A stretch of DNA of 64,000 bases from Candidatus Latescibacterota bacterium (GTDB lineage Bacteria > Latescibacterota > CBDEFO01), in NCBI GenBank assembly GCA_965248755.1, contig OZ252149.1, forward strand, positions 4,160,001 to 4,224,000, given 5' to 3'. Below, one piece after another: positions 29,290-39,623 of this stretch. Made by a program: the position numbers and the translations under genes. Each line of letters opens with the position of its first letter. The stretch's first letter is position 1. The notes under the pieces were generated by a model. It did no database searches and was not told the origin of the DNA. It saw nothing but the letters and a program-made list of their open reading frames with translations.

Positions 29290-30363
29290 CTACTGACCAC
29301 TCTCAACTTGCCTGGGGACGGGCACGTTTAAGTCCTCTGCTGTGCTTCTTATCTTGTTCCACGTGGATTCCTCTATGTATATGCCAGCTTTGAGTCTTGC
29401 CTTTCGGGTCTCCTCCTCTATCTCTCCGGGGACGTATATCCTTTCGACTCCGGGCAGGGTCTTTGAGGATTTCACCCAGTCTGTCAGGATCTGAGCCTCT
29501 CTCTTATATTCCTCAAGGTCGATGAAACTCTCTATCTTGATAGCCATAGCCAAAAAACCGCAGGCGCCGCGCGTCGGGTCGGGCTGACTGCATCCCGCCC
29601 AGGAGAGACCTCCAGCGAGCAGGTCCACGATCATCCCGAGTCCGAATCCCTTGTGCCCTGCAGGTCCGCCTAAGGGTGGGACGAAAGTGGAGGGATCTTC
29701 GGCAAAATCTATGGGATCAGTAGTTGGACTCCCATCGCTTTTCATCACCCATCCCTCTGGCATCTTTTCACCCCTTGCGGCTTTTAGTTGTATCTTGCCT
29801 CCTGCGACCACGCTGGTCGTGATGTCCAGCATAATCGGTTCTCCGTCAGCTTTTGGAACGCTCACAGAGATCGGATTCGGGGGGAGCCTGCGCTCACTTC
29901 CGCCGAATGGAGCCACAAACCGGCCGCCGCCATTTAGAAGAACAATCCCGATCATCCCTTCTCTTGCGGCCCTTGGCGGATAGTCTCCCAGACGTCCCGT
30001 ATGAGTGCAGCGATGTACGCCGACAGCGCCGAACGTGTGTTCTCTTGCCTTTTCTATGGCCATCTGCATAGCCCTCCGCGCCGCCACGATCCCGAATCCT
30101 CCCCTGGCGTCTATCACAGCCGTGCACGGAGTCTCTTTTACAATCTGGTAGAGATCTGTGCTGGCCTCACCGTGTCGCGGGTGTCCCGCTTGGATCTCGG
30201 TTACGTAGCTGGAAATCCTCAAAACTCCGTGCGAGTCGTGTCCGCACAGACTGGCATCCACAAGGTGATCGCTTATGATCCCTGCCTCATCAGGGGCGAC
30301 ACCGGCGTTTATGAATATACGAACGGAAAGTTCTCTCAAGTCAGTGTGTGAGAATATGGGCAT
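29290..30363 (-). CDS. Ldh_2 family (type 2 malate/L-lactate dehydrogenase-like) oxidoreductase
   Basis: GHDSHG, HTGRLG, NPI, GHKGFGL and YVPGE motifs. Confidence 0.92.
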   Translation of the reverse strand: MPIFSHTDLRELSVRIFINAGVAPDEAGIISDHLVDASLCGHDSHGVLRISSYVTEIQAGHPRHGEASTDLYQIVKETPCTAVIDARGGFGIVAARRAMQMAIEKAREHTFGAVGVHRCTHTGRLGDYPPRAAREGMIGIVLLNGGGRFVAPFGGSERRLPPNPISVSVPKADGEPIMLDITTSVVAGGKIQLKAARGEKMPEGWVMKSDGSPTTDPIDFAEDPSTFVPPLGGPAGHKGFGLGMIVDLLAGGLSWAGCSQPDPTRGACGFLAMAIKIESFIDLEEYKREAQILTDWVKSSKTLPGVERIYVPGEIEEETRKARLKAGIYIEESTWNKIRSTAEDLNVPVPRQVESGQ

Positions 30364-30415
30364 TAGTCTGCTGCTGGAAATAGTAGACGGCGGAGGCTAT
30401 CCAAAGTGTGTAGAC

Positions 30416-30611
30416 GGTGCATACCCTGCATACGTATATATAACTTTGCCACACAATATTTTTTTTGTAGACAACAAGTACAGTAAGGTATGCACCGTAT
30501 GCACCGTATGCACCGTATGCACCGTATGCACCGTATGCACCGTATGCACCGTATGCACCGTATGCACCGTATGCACCGTATGCACCGTATGCACCGTATG
30601 CACCGTATGCA
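30416..30611. repeat. Perfect 9-bp tandem array (GTATGCACC x13 plus partial, 30488-30611) with an inverted arm at 30416-30433
   Basis: Direct reading; left arm GGTGCATAC-CCTGCATAC is the reverse complement of the array unit (second copy with 2 mismatches). Confidence 0.95.
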
Positions 30612-30709
30612 TAGATTGATTGGCCTTACCGCCATAGCCTTGTTTAATAAGCACTTCCACTTTTCCAGATCCTCCATCAATCTTTTGAATTAGTGACAAA
30701 TTGCACATT

Positions 30710-31145
30710 TAAATCCATTAGTATTACCTTGATCTCTACGTTTTCGGAGGTCTTGATCCCTAACGTCTTGTAGATCTAACTAACTGATCTCTGATCCTTT
30801 GGAGGTCTGGGTCTTCAATGTCTAGTAGATCTTACGCTTGATCTTTAGCTTCTTGCAGGTCTGGTGCTACATCCAAAGACTTTATAACCGCAGTTCGACC
30901 CTGACCTCGATATTTTACGGATACATATCCACCGTCCACCAGTTCTTTCAATCTCATACTTATCGTGCTTGGGGACTTGCCGAGGGCGAGGGCTATATTC
31001 TCAATCCCTATGGAACAGCTGACACTTAGGAAAGGATTTATTGTGGTATACACCACAGAATAATAGCAAAATACAAGAGCTTTGCTGCGTCACTCAACTT
31101 ACTGTCCCATAACACTGGTCTTATAGAGATCTCCTCCATATCCAT
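30710..31145 (-). pseudogene. Frameshifted winged-helix protein resembling a phage replication initiator
   Basis: LWDSKLSDAAKLLY / IENIALALGKSPSTISMRLKELVDGGYV, then a repetitive DLQ..DQ linker with stops and 54-bp-spaced repeats. Confidence 0.55.
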
Positions 31146-31248
31146 TTTTCCCCCCTTTCGTCTCGACAGTATTATACTAATGTTCAGTATACAGGAGAAA
31201 ATATTAATGAATGTCCGTCCTCTTGTCAAGCAAAAAACATATACCGAC

Positions 31249-34155
31249 TTAAATATCTCTTAAGGGCGATTGCCAGGCCTCCTTCAGTTCAAATATATCT
31301 GCCCGTACGACTTCTGCCTCATTAAGGCCCATTATGACCAGTTCTGTGTCGGCTGTGGTCTTACCTATGACTCCAAAAGCCACATCCTTTAGAATCTCTT
31401 CAAATCTGCCTCTATTCTCGGGGGCTACCTCTACGATAAAGCGCGAGTTGGACTCTGAAAAGAGGATCGTGTCGTTTCTTTCTATCGGGCAGACACGTGC
31501 GTCTGCCCCTGCATTGTCGTGTGACGTGGGAACTTCGGCAAGTGAAATGGAAGCTCCTACTTCCCCTGAAAAGCACATCTCGGATACGGCAACTCCTATA
31601 CCCCCTTCGCTGCAATCGTGACAGGTCCTGATGAGTCTCTCAGAGGTGGCTGTGCTCAGGGCGTCCATCGTCCTTTTCCCCTCAGAAGGACGGACAACGG
31701 GGCAGTTGCTGCCGGTATAGCCGTTCAGATCGTAGTAGTGTGAAGCCCCCAGTTCATCGTAAGTCCTGCCCACGACGTAGATCAGGTTGCCTGACTCTTT
31801 GAAATCCATCGAGATGACTTTCTGGACGTCGTCTATAACCGATATAGCTGAGATCAAAAGAGCCGGGGGAATAGGAACGCTCTTACCCTCTACGACAAAC
31901 TCGTTGTTCAAGCTGTCCTTGCCGGAGATAAAGGGGGTCTCATAGACTTTTGCTATGTCGTAGCAGGCCTTAGCCGCCCTGACAAGCCCCCCGAGTCTGT
32001 CGGGTTTATATGGACTCCCCCAACAGAAGTTATCCAGAAGGGCTGTATGCTCTAAAGTCCCTCCGACCGATATTACTTGTCTTAGTGCCTCGTCAATGGC
32101 GGATGCCGCCATGTGATAGGGGTCTATCTTCCCATATTTGGGATTGAGACCGACAGATAGAACGATGCCCTTTGTAGAATTCATGACTGGCCTTGTGACA
32201 GAGGCATCTCCCGGCCCGTCGTTCCTTACGCCCTGAAGAGGTTTAAGCACGCTGCCCCCCTGAACCTCGTGGTCGTACTGTCTTATCACCCATTCTTTGC
32301 TGCATACGTTGGGAGATGACAATATGGACTTCAGAATAGGGGTCAGATCCCCTGGATCGGAGAAATCTGGCTCTTCGAAATAGGGCTTATCCCAGGTCGC
32401 CTTCAGATTCAATCTTGGGAGGCCGTTGTGCAGAAAATTCATATCCAGGTCGCATACGACATTTCCCTCATAGCGCAGCTTGAGCCTCTTGTCGCCCGTA
32501 AATTTCCCTATGACCGTTGCCTCCACGTCCTCCTGGGCGCAGAGCTGTATCAGTTCTTGCACATGTTGAGGAGGCGCAGCTAATATCATCCGCTCCTGAG
32601 ACTCCGAGATCCATATCTCCGTGTAGCTGAGACCCTCGTATTTGAGCGGGACTCTATCCAGATCTACCTCGGCCCCTATTTCCACCCCCATCTCGCCGAC
32701 CGCAGAGGAGAGTCCACCTCCTCCGCAGTCAGTGATCGAACTGTAAAGATCTAGGTCCCTGGCTTCCAGAATCACATCCACCATCTTCTTTTCGGTTATG
32801 GCGTTTCCGATCTGAACGACCCCGCTGGAGAGACTTGCCGTCAGGGCATCTGAGGAGAACGTGACGCCGTGAATCCCGTCTCTCCCCGTGCGCCCCCCGA
32901 CCAGAACGATATAGTCTCCATCTTTGAGATGTTTGAACGACTTGTCCACCGGGAGGATGCCCACATTTCCGCAATAGACCAGTGGATTTCCTGTGTAGCC
33001 CTCGTCAAAATATATAGAGCCGTTGACAGTCGGAATGCCCATTCTGTTGCCGTAATCTCCCACGCCCGCTACGACGCCCTTGAAGACCCTTTTGGGATGA
33101 AGACATCCGGACGGGAGCTTATCGTTCGGCAGATCCAGCGGGCCGAAGCAGAAGACGTCCGTGTTTATGATGGGCTTTGCCCCCAGCCCGGTGCCGAGTG
33201 GATCCCTTATCGCTCCCCCCATTCCCGTCCCGGCCCCTCCGTAGGGCTCTAAAGCCGACGGATGATTGTGAGTCTCAACCTTGAAACACAGGTTGTAGTT
33301 TTCATCGAATTTGACGATCCCGGCGTTGTCCTCGAAGACCGAAACGCACCAGTCCTTATCGAGCTCCTCAGTGACCTTCATTATAGTGCTCTTGAGAAGA
33401 TTATGGATCTTTTCTCCATCGTACTCTATAACGCCCTTGAACGTCTTATGCACACAGTGCTCCGACCACGTCTGAGCTACGGTCTCAAGTTCAGCATCCG
33501 TAGGATTCCTGCCTAAATATGTAAAGTGCTCCCTTATCGCCCGCATCTCGTCCAGGTTTAAAGAGAGCTGCCCCCTACGACTGATCTCATTTAGATTGTC
33601 GTCGTGCGCGCCCAATACCTGGACATAGACCAGCTCGAATTTGTAGCAGGGAGGATCAACAAAGGGAGACTCATGACTTACGGCTTGGTGCTGTATAATA
33701 TCGTTCAGGAGCAGATTGTCCCTGATGGTTGTCAACTGGGAATCTGTGATTTCCCCCCTGATGACGTATCTCACGGCCGTCTTAAGGGCCGAAACTCCCC
33801 CGACTCCGAGGTCCTCTATACCCCTTTTAACACTCACCTCTACAGGGTCCATTACCCCGGGGTTGTACGCCACCTCCACAGTGCGGATATCCGGGCTAGA
33901 TCCGTCCAATCTACAAGTCTCGTCTGATTCTTGGGGTATGCTGATGGAGTAATCCTCGGTCACACTGTCCCTCAGTAGTCTTTGGGAGATGAGGACGACA
34001 TCCTCTTTTGATATTTCCCCCTGGATATAATATACTTGCGATGTCGAGCAAGATGTGATAGCAAGAATGCCGAGATCCTCTATTCCCTTCTTTATACCTT
34101 CACCCTGGGAATCGAAAAAGCCCGGCCTTATGCTGACTTCAACTCTCCATAGCAT
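31249..34155 (-). CDS. purL: Phosphoribosylformylglycinamidine synthase PurL with N-terminal PurS-like domains
   Basis: QTWSEHC.HKTF, KVETHNHPS, DCGGGGLS, ISGKDS and FSES motifs; GGAGG RBS. Confidence 0.96.
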   Translation of the reverse strand: MLWRVEVSIRPGFFDSQGEGIKKGIEDLGILAITSCSTSQVYYIQGEISKEDVVLISQRLLRDSVTEDYSISIPQESDETCRLDGSSPDIRTVEVAYNPGVMDPVEVSVKRGIEDLGVGGVSALKTAVRYVIRGEITDSQLTTIRDNLLLNDIIQHQAVSHESPFVDPPCYKFELVYVQVLGAHDDNLNEISRRGQLSLNLDEMRAIREHFTYLGRNPTDAELETVAQTWSEHCVHKTFKGVIEYDGEKIHNLLKSTIMKVTEELDKDWCVSVFEDNAGIVKFDENYNLCFKVETHNHPSALEPYGGAGTGMGGAIRDPLGTGLGAKPIINTDVFCFGPLDLPNDKLPSGCLHPKRVFKGVVAGVGDYGNRMGIPTVNGSIYFDEGYTGNPLVYCGNVGILPVDKSFKHLKDGDYIVLVGGRTGRDGIHGVTFSSDALTASLSSGVVQIGNAITEKKMVDVILEARDLDLYSSITDCGGGGLSSAVGEMGVEIGAEVDLDRVPLKYEGLSYTEIWISESQERMILAAPPQHVQELIQLCAQEDVEATVIGKFTGDKRLKLRYEGNVVCDLDMNFLHNGLPRLNLKATWDKPYFEEPDFSDPGDLTPILKSILSSPNVCSKEWVIRQYDHEVQGGSVLKPLQGVRNDGPGDASVTRPVMNSTKGIVLSVGLNPKYGKIDPYHMAASAIDEALRQVISVGGTLEHTALLDNFCWGSPYKPDRLGGLVRAAKACYDIAKVYETPFISGKDSLNNEFVVEGKSVPIPPALLISAISVIDDVQKVISMDFKESGNLIYVVGRTYDELGASHYYDLNGYTGSNCPVVRPSEGKRTMDALSTATSERLIRTCHDCSEGGIGVAVSEMCFSGEVGASISLAEVPTSHDNAGADARVCPIERNDTILFSESNSRFIVEVAPENRGRFEEILKDVAFGVIGKTTADTELVIMGLNEAEVVRADIFELKEAWQSPLRDI
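31486..31512 (-). repeat. REP-like palindrome inside purL
   Basis: GCAG-GGGCAGAC-GCACGT-GTCTGCCC, encoding AGADARVCP. Confidence 0.7.
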
Positions 34156-34373
34156 TTGTGTTGCGCCTCCGACGCTCACTCGTCAGTTGTCTGTTGTCTG
34201 GTTGAAAGCAAGTTCATAGTCAAATTACGAGGTCTTTACCCCCCCCACTTTGCGGTTCGCTGCCTCTGCTCCAGAACATCGGCCGCGCCGCCTGGGGACT
34301 TTCAAAGTAAATAAATCTGTGGAAAAAAGCAAGCGGCATTTGCGCCGATTCTGTGTTTGTCTGATTTACCCGT

Positions 34374-34422
34374 GTAGGGGCGAGGTTCCCTCGTTCCAAG
34401 GGCTGGGTTACCCAGCCCCTAC
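34374..34422. repeat. GTAG-type REP doublet (inverted pair)
   Basis: GTAGGGGCGAGGTTCCCTCG...GGGCTGGGTTACCCAGCCCCTAC. Confidence 0.75.
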
Positions 34423-34575
34423 ATTATGCTTATTTGCCTCCATGCATAGATAGTCCTTGACGCCACAGAATTTTTGATGTTAATTTTAGATAAGAGGAGA
34501 AGAAGTAACCAGGGGTGATGTCTTGGCCTTTTGAGAGGGGCATCTAAGAACTTCTTGGAGAAACGGAGGATTGTG

Positions 34576-35805
34576 ATGTCTAGTATCGTAGTGCCTAACG
34601 ACGGAACGAAGATCCAGGTCGAGAACGGGAAGTTGAACGTGCCTTCCAATCCTATTATACCGTTCATTGAGGGTGACGGAACAGGCCCCGATATATGGAA
34701 AGCGTCCGTGGGGGTCTTCGACAGCGCTGTGGAGAAGGCATATTCGGGGAAGAGAAGGATCCACTGGATGGAGGTCTACGCAGGAGAGAGGTCTTACAGG
34801 CTGACAGAAGAGTGGCTGCCCGTGAAGACTGTGAATGCGTTCAGGGACTTTATAGTCGGGATCAAAGGACCACTTACGACGCCTGTGGGGGGAGGCATAA
34901 GGAGCCTGAACGTGGCGCTGAGACAGACCCTGGACCTTTACGTTTGTCTCCGCCCTGTAAAGTGGTTTAAAGGAGTCCCGAGCCCCGTGCGGCACCCCGA
35001 GAAGGTGGATATGGTGGTATTTAGAGAGAACACAGAGGATGTCTACGCAGGATTGGAACTTAAAGAAGGGACAGAAGAGGTAAAGAAGCTTATATCATAT
35101 CTTGAAAAGGAGTTCTGCTGGAAGATAAGGCCCGATTCAGGAGTCGGCATAAAACCTATATCTGAGTTCGGGAGCAAGCGGCTTATCAGGGCTGCGATCA
35201 AGTACGCCATAGAGAACAACAGAAAGAGCGTTACCTTGGTGCATAAGGGCAACATTCAAAAGTTCACCGAGGGGGCTTTCAGGGCGTGGGGCTACCAACT
35301 TGCTACAGAAGAGTTCAAGGATTCTGTCGTAAGTTGGGATGAGTGCAAAGGGGAAGTCCCAGAAGGGAAGATACTGATAAAAGACGCCATGGCCGACATA
35401 TCCTTCCAGCAGATACTCACAAGACCCGACGATTTCGATGTAATCGCAACGATGAACTTGAACGGCGATTATATCTCCGACGCCTTAGCCGCTCAGGTAG
35501 GTGGGATAGGCATCGCCCCGGGGGGTAACATTAATTACGACACGGGACACGCCATCTTTGAAGCCACGCACGGCACGGCTCCTAAATACGCCAATCAGGA
35601 TAAGGTAAACCCCGGATCTGTCATTCTGTCAGGAGTCCTCATGCTCAGACACATCGGATGGCCCGAAGCGGCGGATCTTATAATCGGTGCATTGGAAAGG
35701 ACTATATCTCAGAAGATTGTGACCTACGACTTTGCCCGATTGACACAGGGAGCCAAAGAGGTCAAATGCTCCGAGTTCGGGAAGGCCATAGTTGAGAATA
35801 TGTAA
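34576..35805 (+). CDS. icd: NADP-dependent isocitrate dehydrogenase
   Basis: [34 protein letters not shown] and [10 protein letters not shown] motifs. Confidence 0.97.
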   Translation: MSSIVVPNDGTKIQVENGKLNVPSNPIIPFIEGDGTGPDIWKASVGVFDSAVEKAYSGKRRIHWMEVYAGERSYRLTEEWLPVKTVNAFRDFIVGIKGPLTTPVGGGIRSLNVALRQTLDLYVCLRPVKWFKGVPSPVRHPEKVDMVVFRENTEDVYAGLELKEGTEEVKKLISYLEKEFCWKIRPDSGVGIKPISEFGSKRLIRAAIKYAIENNRKSVTLVHKGNIQKFTEGAFRAWGYQLATEEFKDSVVSWDECKGEVPEGKILIKDAMADISFQQILTRPDDFDVIATMNLNGDYISDALAAQVGGIGIAPGGNINYDTGHAIFEATHGTAPKYANQDKVNPGSVILSGVLMLRHIGWPEAADLIIGALERTISQKIVTYDFARLTQGAKEVKCSEFGKAIVENM

Positions 35806-36061
35806 ATAGATAACTTGCAAGAGAACGGAGCAGGTTTATGTTTATGGGCACGAATCGGTTGTATTTTCGAGCCTGATTCTTTATATTTGCATATCGGGAG
35901 TTTCAGCTCAAAGATTTTCAAGGCGCCCAGTTATTGTATCAAAAATAGTTTCGACGACACAATTGAGAGTGCTTCGGGGATCTATCCCTGGCTTGACTGC
36001 AGGCAAAAGCAAGAAATCTAAAATACTTCGCTACTTGTATCTTCTCCTGGGTATCCAGGCA

Positions 36062-37234
36062 ATGCGGAAGAATTTAAAACATAAGGCAACAGAGCTTCTT
36101 GACGGAAAGTGGCACGATAGAGGTAAGCAGGTGCGTCACATCTGGGAGGAGTTCTACGAGGACGGCGGCTTTATGGAGGCGGCCGCTCTGTCTTTCACTA
36201 CTGTTTTGGCATTGGTGCCTGTGACCGCTATAAGCCTTGCCATTTTAGCTACTTTCTCAGGAAGTGAAGACGCGGCCGGGATAGGAGATACGATCAGGAA
36301 ATTCCTCTCCGCACACCTGGTTCCTGACTCCAGGGAAATGGTGATAGATCGTATAACTAATTTTGCCGAAAAGGCGCGGACCATCAGCTTTGTGGGATGG
36401 GTGATATTGATATTGATCTCCCTTTTTGTGTTCAACGCCATAGAAAGCTCGTTCAATCAAATATGGAAGGTCAAAAACAGAAGACCGTTGGTGGCAAGGT
36501 TTATATCTTTCTGGAGCCTCATAACTCTGGGCCCCATACTTTTAGGAATATCTATTTATCTTTCTACAAATTTGAAGGATATGCCAATCATCAGCGGCTT
36601 GATGAATATATCGGTGGTAAGCGAAATAATCTTCTACCTCCTCCCGTTTCTGTTTACGTGGACGGCTCTGATATTAGGATATATACTGCTCCCGAACACT
36701 CATGTCAAGATGAAGACCGCGCTCGTTGGAGGTATCGTCGCCGGTACTATGTGGGAGCTTGGCAAGTTGGGGTTCGACTGGTATGCATCGACCATGGTCG
36801 AAACACATAAGGTCTACGGCTCGCTGAGCATCATGCCGGCATTTTTGGCGTGGATATATTTTACGTGGGTCGTTATCCTGTGGGGTGTACAGACCTGCTA
36901 TGTGATTCAGAACCCCGATCCTTTAGAGGCGATCAGGAGCCGCCGCGATGAATCCTTTTCAGATGAAGTCTGCCTTGCTGTCAGACTGGTGATGGCTATA
37001 GGAGAAAGCTTCCTTGACGGTAAGGGAACTTTAAGCGTAGGTGAGCTTTCAGAAAAAATAGGAGAGGATAAAGATAGAGTGGGAAAGGTTCTATCTAAAT
37101 TAGAACAAAATGACATCCTCTATAGAGCCGACGGAACGGACGGTTCAGTAGATTATCTACCCCAAAGATGGGTGGAAAGGACGACTGTAAGGGAGATCAT
37201 AAAGATGATAAGCAAGATAGAAAGTGGAACTTAA
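36062..37234 (+). CDS. YihY/BrkB family inner-membrane protein with C-terminal HTH
   Basis: AAALSFTT.LALVP, IESSFNQIW, VYGSL motifs; Rrf2-like tail. Confidence 0.9.
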   Translation: MRKNLKHKATELLDGKWHDRGKQVRHIWEEFYEDGGFMEAAALSFTTVLALVPVTAISLAILATFSGSEDAAGIGDTIRKFLSAHLVPDSREMVIDRITNFAEKARTISFVGWVILILISLFVFNAIESSFNQIWKVKNRRPLVARFISFWSLITLGPILLGISIYLSTNLKDMPIISGLMNISVVSEIIFYLLPFLFTWTALILGYILLPNTHVKMKTALVGGIVAGTMWELGKLGFDWYASTMVETHKVYGSLSIMPAFLAWIYFTWVVILWGVQTCYVIQNPDPLEAIRSRRDESFSDEVCLAVRLVMAIGESFLDGKGTLSVGELSEKIGEDKDRVGKVLSKLEQNDILYRADGTDGSVDYLPQRWVERTTVREIIKMISKIESGT

Positions 37235-37390
37235 ACGCAGCTACGGGAGTCATTCTCAAAAGGTGGACTTTGTGGCTGATCGATAAGCTGCCAGAGGAGG
37301 TGCCAAACCGCAGAATCTGGACAGAGATGGCGTTGAATAAGTGTAAGAGATTCTAAACCATATTTTATTGTAAGGAGGAGTAATCTTAAG

Positions 37391-38911
37391 ATGCACGACT
37401 TTAAAAGACCACTTCTTATGGCTTCCGCATTTGTCGTCATCGGAGTATTAATCGGGATTCTCCTATCTGCAAATTTCGGGATAACCCAAAAGGGCGTGGC
37501 CTTAGATAAACCTGATAAGGTAGAGTTAGGATCCAATGAAGAAATACCTGAAGACATATTAAACGCCAAGAATATTAGCGAAGCCTCCATAGCTATCTCG
37601 AAGGAGGTCAGACCAGCAGTTGTGAGCATAGCGATCTCCGAGACGATAAGGCGGCGCGGCAGTGGTTCAACACCTCGAAGGCCTTTCCATGAATATTTCC
37701 CCTTCTTCGGTGAGCCGCCTGAGGAGTATAAGAGAAGTGGACTCGGTTCGGGCGTCATAGTCAGCAAAGAGGGATATATCCTGACCAATAATCATGTGGT
37801 CAAAGACGCAGATAAGATTCTAGTGACCCTTATAGATAAGAGGGAGTTCAAGGCAAAGGTCATCGGCCGCGACGAACTGACCGAGGTAGCGGTGGTCAAG
37901 ATAGAGCCGGACGATCTTCCGGTGGCAAGGCTGGGGGATTCGGAGAAGATCCAGATCGGCGAATGGGTTCTGGCCATCGGGAACCCAATGGCGCTGACTT
38001 CGACAGTCACAGGAGGAGTCATAAGTGCCCTGGGGAGGGATGTAGAGATCATTGAGCAACCCTACGGCATCGAGAATTTTATACAGACCGACGCTGTTAT
38101 AAATCCGGGAAACTCCGGAGGGCCGTTGGTGAATATGAGGGGCGAGGTCATAGGCATCAATACCGCTATCCAGACGGAACGATCTCTTCGCACTTACATC
38201 GGCTACGGTTTCGCTATCCCTATTAACCTGGCCAAGAAAGTCATGGAGGACCTCATAACCCATGGCAGGGTTGTCAGGGGCTTTTTAGGGATTTCAATGA
38301 CACGAATAGATGAGGCCATAGCGAAGGGATTCGGACTGGAAAGGCCTATGGGGGTCTTAATAAATGAAGTTTTCCCGGGAAGCCCTGCTGATAGAGCTGG
38401 ATTGAAGGCGGAGGATATTTTGATTGAGATAGACGGTCAAAGGGTAGATCGTCCCAACCAGATTCAGGATATAGTCGCAAGGAAGAGACCGGGCGATAGG
38501 ATCAAGACTAAGATTATCAGGGATGCGGACGAAAAGACGGTAGAGGTCGTCCTGGGGGAAAGGGAGGACTTTGCGGACGTGCTTGCATCCAAAGAAGGAG
38601 CACAGATAAAGGATTTAGGGCTTTCTGTCCGAGATATCACAAGAGAGGACGCCCAACGATACAGATACGAAGGAGAGGAGGGCGTGATCGTAAATGACGT
38701 AGCAAGGTACAGTCCTGCCCATGAAGGGGAAATAAGTAGAGGGGACATTATCCTGGAGATAGGTGTCGGAAAGAACAAGGACAAGATAAAGTCGGTGAGG
38801 GATTTTGAGAAGGCTTTGGAAAAACGTAATGACGATGAAGTTATAGTGTTCCGAATCTTAAGAGATGGAAGAAAGATGTTTAAGACAGTCGAACTTCCAC
38901 AGGAGGAATAA
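37391..38911 (+). CDS. degP: DegP/HtrA (Do family) serine endoprotease with two PDZ domains
   Basis: GSGVIV, TNNHVV and GNSGGPL motifs, two PDZ domains. Confidence 0.95.
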   Translation: MHDFKRPLLMASAFVVIGVLIGILLSANFGITQKGVALDKPDKVELGSNEEIPEDILNAKNISEASIAISKEVRPAVVSIAISETIRRRGSGSTPRRPFHEYFPFFGEPPEEYKRSGLGSGVIVSKEGYILTNNHVVKDADKILVTLIDKREFKAKVIGRDELTEVAVVKIEPDDLPVARLGDSEKIQIGEWVLAIGNPMALTSTVTGGVISALGRDVEIIEQPYGIENFIQTDAVINPGNSGGPLVNMRGEVIGINTAIQTERSLRTYIGYGFAIPINLAKKVMEDLITHGRVVRGFLGISMTRIDEAIAKGFGLERPMGVLINEVFPGSPADRAGLKAEDILIEIDGQRVDRPNQIQDIVARKRPGDRIKTKIIRDADEKTVEVVLGEREDFADVLASKEGAQIKDLGLSVRDITREDAQRYRYEGEEGVIVNDVARYSPAHEGEISRGDIILEIGVGKNKDKIKSVRDFEKALEKRNDDEVIVFRILRDGRKMFKTVELPQEE

Positions 38912-38929
38912 GAGACCCGTAGAGAAAAG

Positions 38930-39007
38930 TGGCGGGGTAGACGGGACTCGAACCCGCGACCTACGGCGTGACAGGCCGTCACTCTAACCAAACTGAGCTA
39001 CTACCCC
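38930..39007 (-). tRNA. tRNA-Asp (GTC)
   Basis: Acceptor stem GGGGTAG/CTACCCC, anticodon loop CTGTCAC, GTTCGAG T-loop, encoded CCA. Confidence 0.97.
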
Positions 39008-39017
39008 GCGCGATGAA

Positions 39018-39046
39018 AATATAACATATAAAACCAAGATTGTCAA
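39018..39046 (-). promoter_or_regulatory. sigma70 promoter of tRNA-Asp
   Basis: TTGACA-N17-TATATT immediately upstream. Confidence 0.75.
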
Positions 39047-39222
39047 CCTAAAAATTAGTAACGAACTCTTGCCATCTTTCCTTCCAAACTATCCATATTA
39101 CGGCTCTTTCTTTGGATAAACAACCGAAAGATAAGCGATAAGCTGTCATCTGGGTTTAGGTGTAGAGCTTCCTTCCCGATCCGCAAAAATCCGATCAGCA
39201 ACGCCTCCTCGTAAGTTCCACT

Positions 39223-39417
39223 TCACTCCATGTCGGAAAGGCGCACTCCTCCGACTGCCCAATGTTCCTTCGGGAGTTCCTCGATAGCGATGATCACGGC
39301 CTCAGGCTTGGCGTTGCATATTTCCACCAAATCCTTTGTTATAGCTGCCACAAGCCTTTTCTTCTGTTCATCTGTGCGTCCCCCTAACATCTTAACATTT
39401 ACGTAAGGCATTTCCAT
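39223..39417 (-). CDS. 4-oxalocrotonate tautomerase family protein
   Basis: MPYVNVKM..GRTDEQK...HWAVGG; N-terminal Pro. Confidence 0.92.
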   Translation of the reverse strand: MEMPYVNVKMLGGRTDEQKKRLVAAITKDLVEICNAKPEAVIIAIEELPKEHWAVGGVRLSDME

Positions 39418-39623
39418 CTCCTTTCCAGTCAGGTGTAAACTAGTAAAATATAATTTAGATTAACGACTTTGAACGTCTCCCGAAGCAGGGCCTTACGCCC
39501 CGGAAAATGAATGTAGACACTGACAAGGGATTCCGGATCTCCTGCTGAGTATATAAGACACGTTTCTTGAGTTTCCTCCCTAATATTATGGTCCGGTTTG
39601 AAGTGGAATATCCTGTCCAAGTA

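Noticed and set aside
30488..30611. CRISPR array, or real MHR/CIR/HTV/VCT repeat proteins
   Set aside because: A perfect 9-bp tandem with no spacers and no cas genes; the ORFs are by-products of a stop-free repeat
34280..34300. ZMP/ZTP riboswitch 3' motif (GCCG..CCGCCTGGG) near purL
   Set aside because: Wrong strand relative to purL and no 5' GACTGGCG element; the region looks like a degenerate repeat
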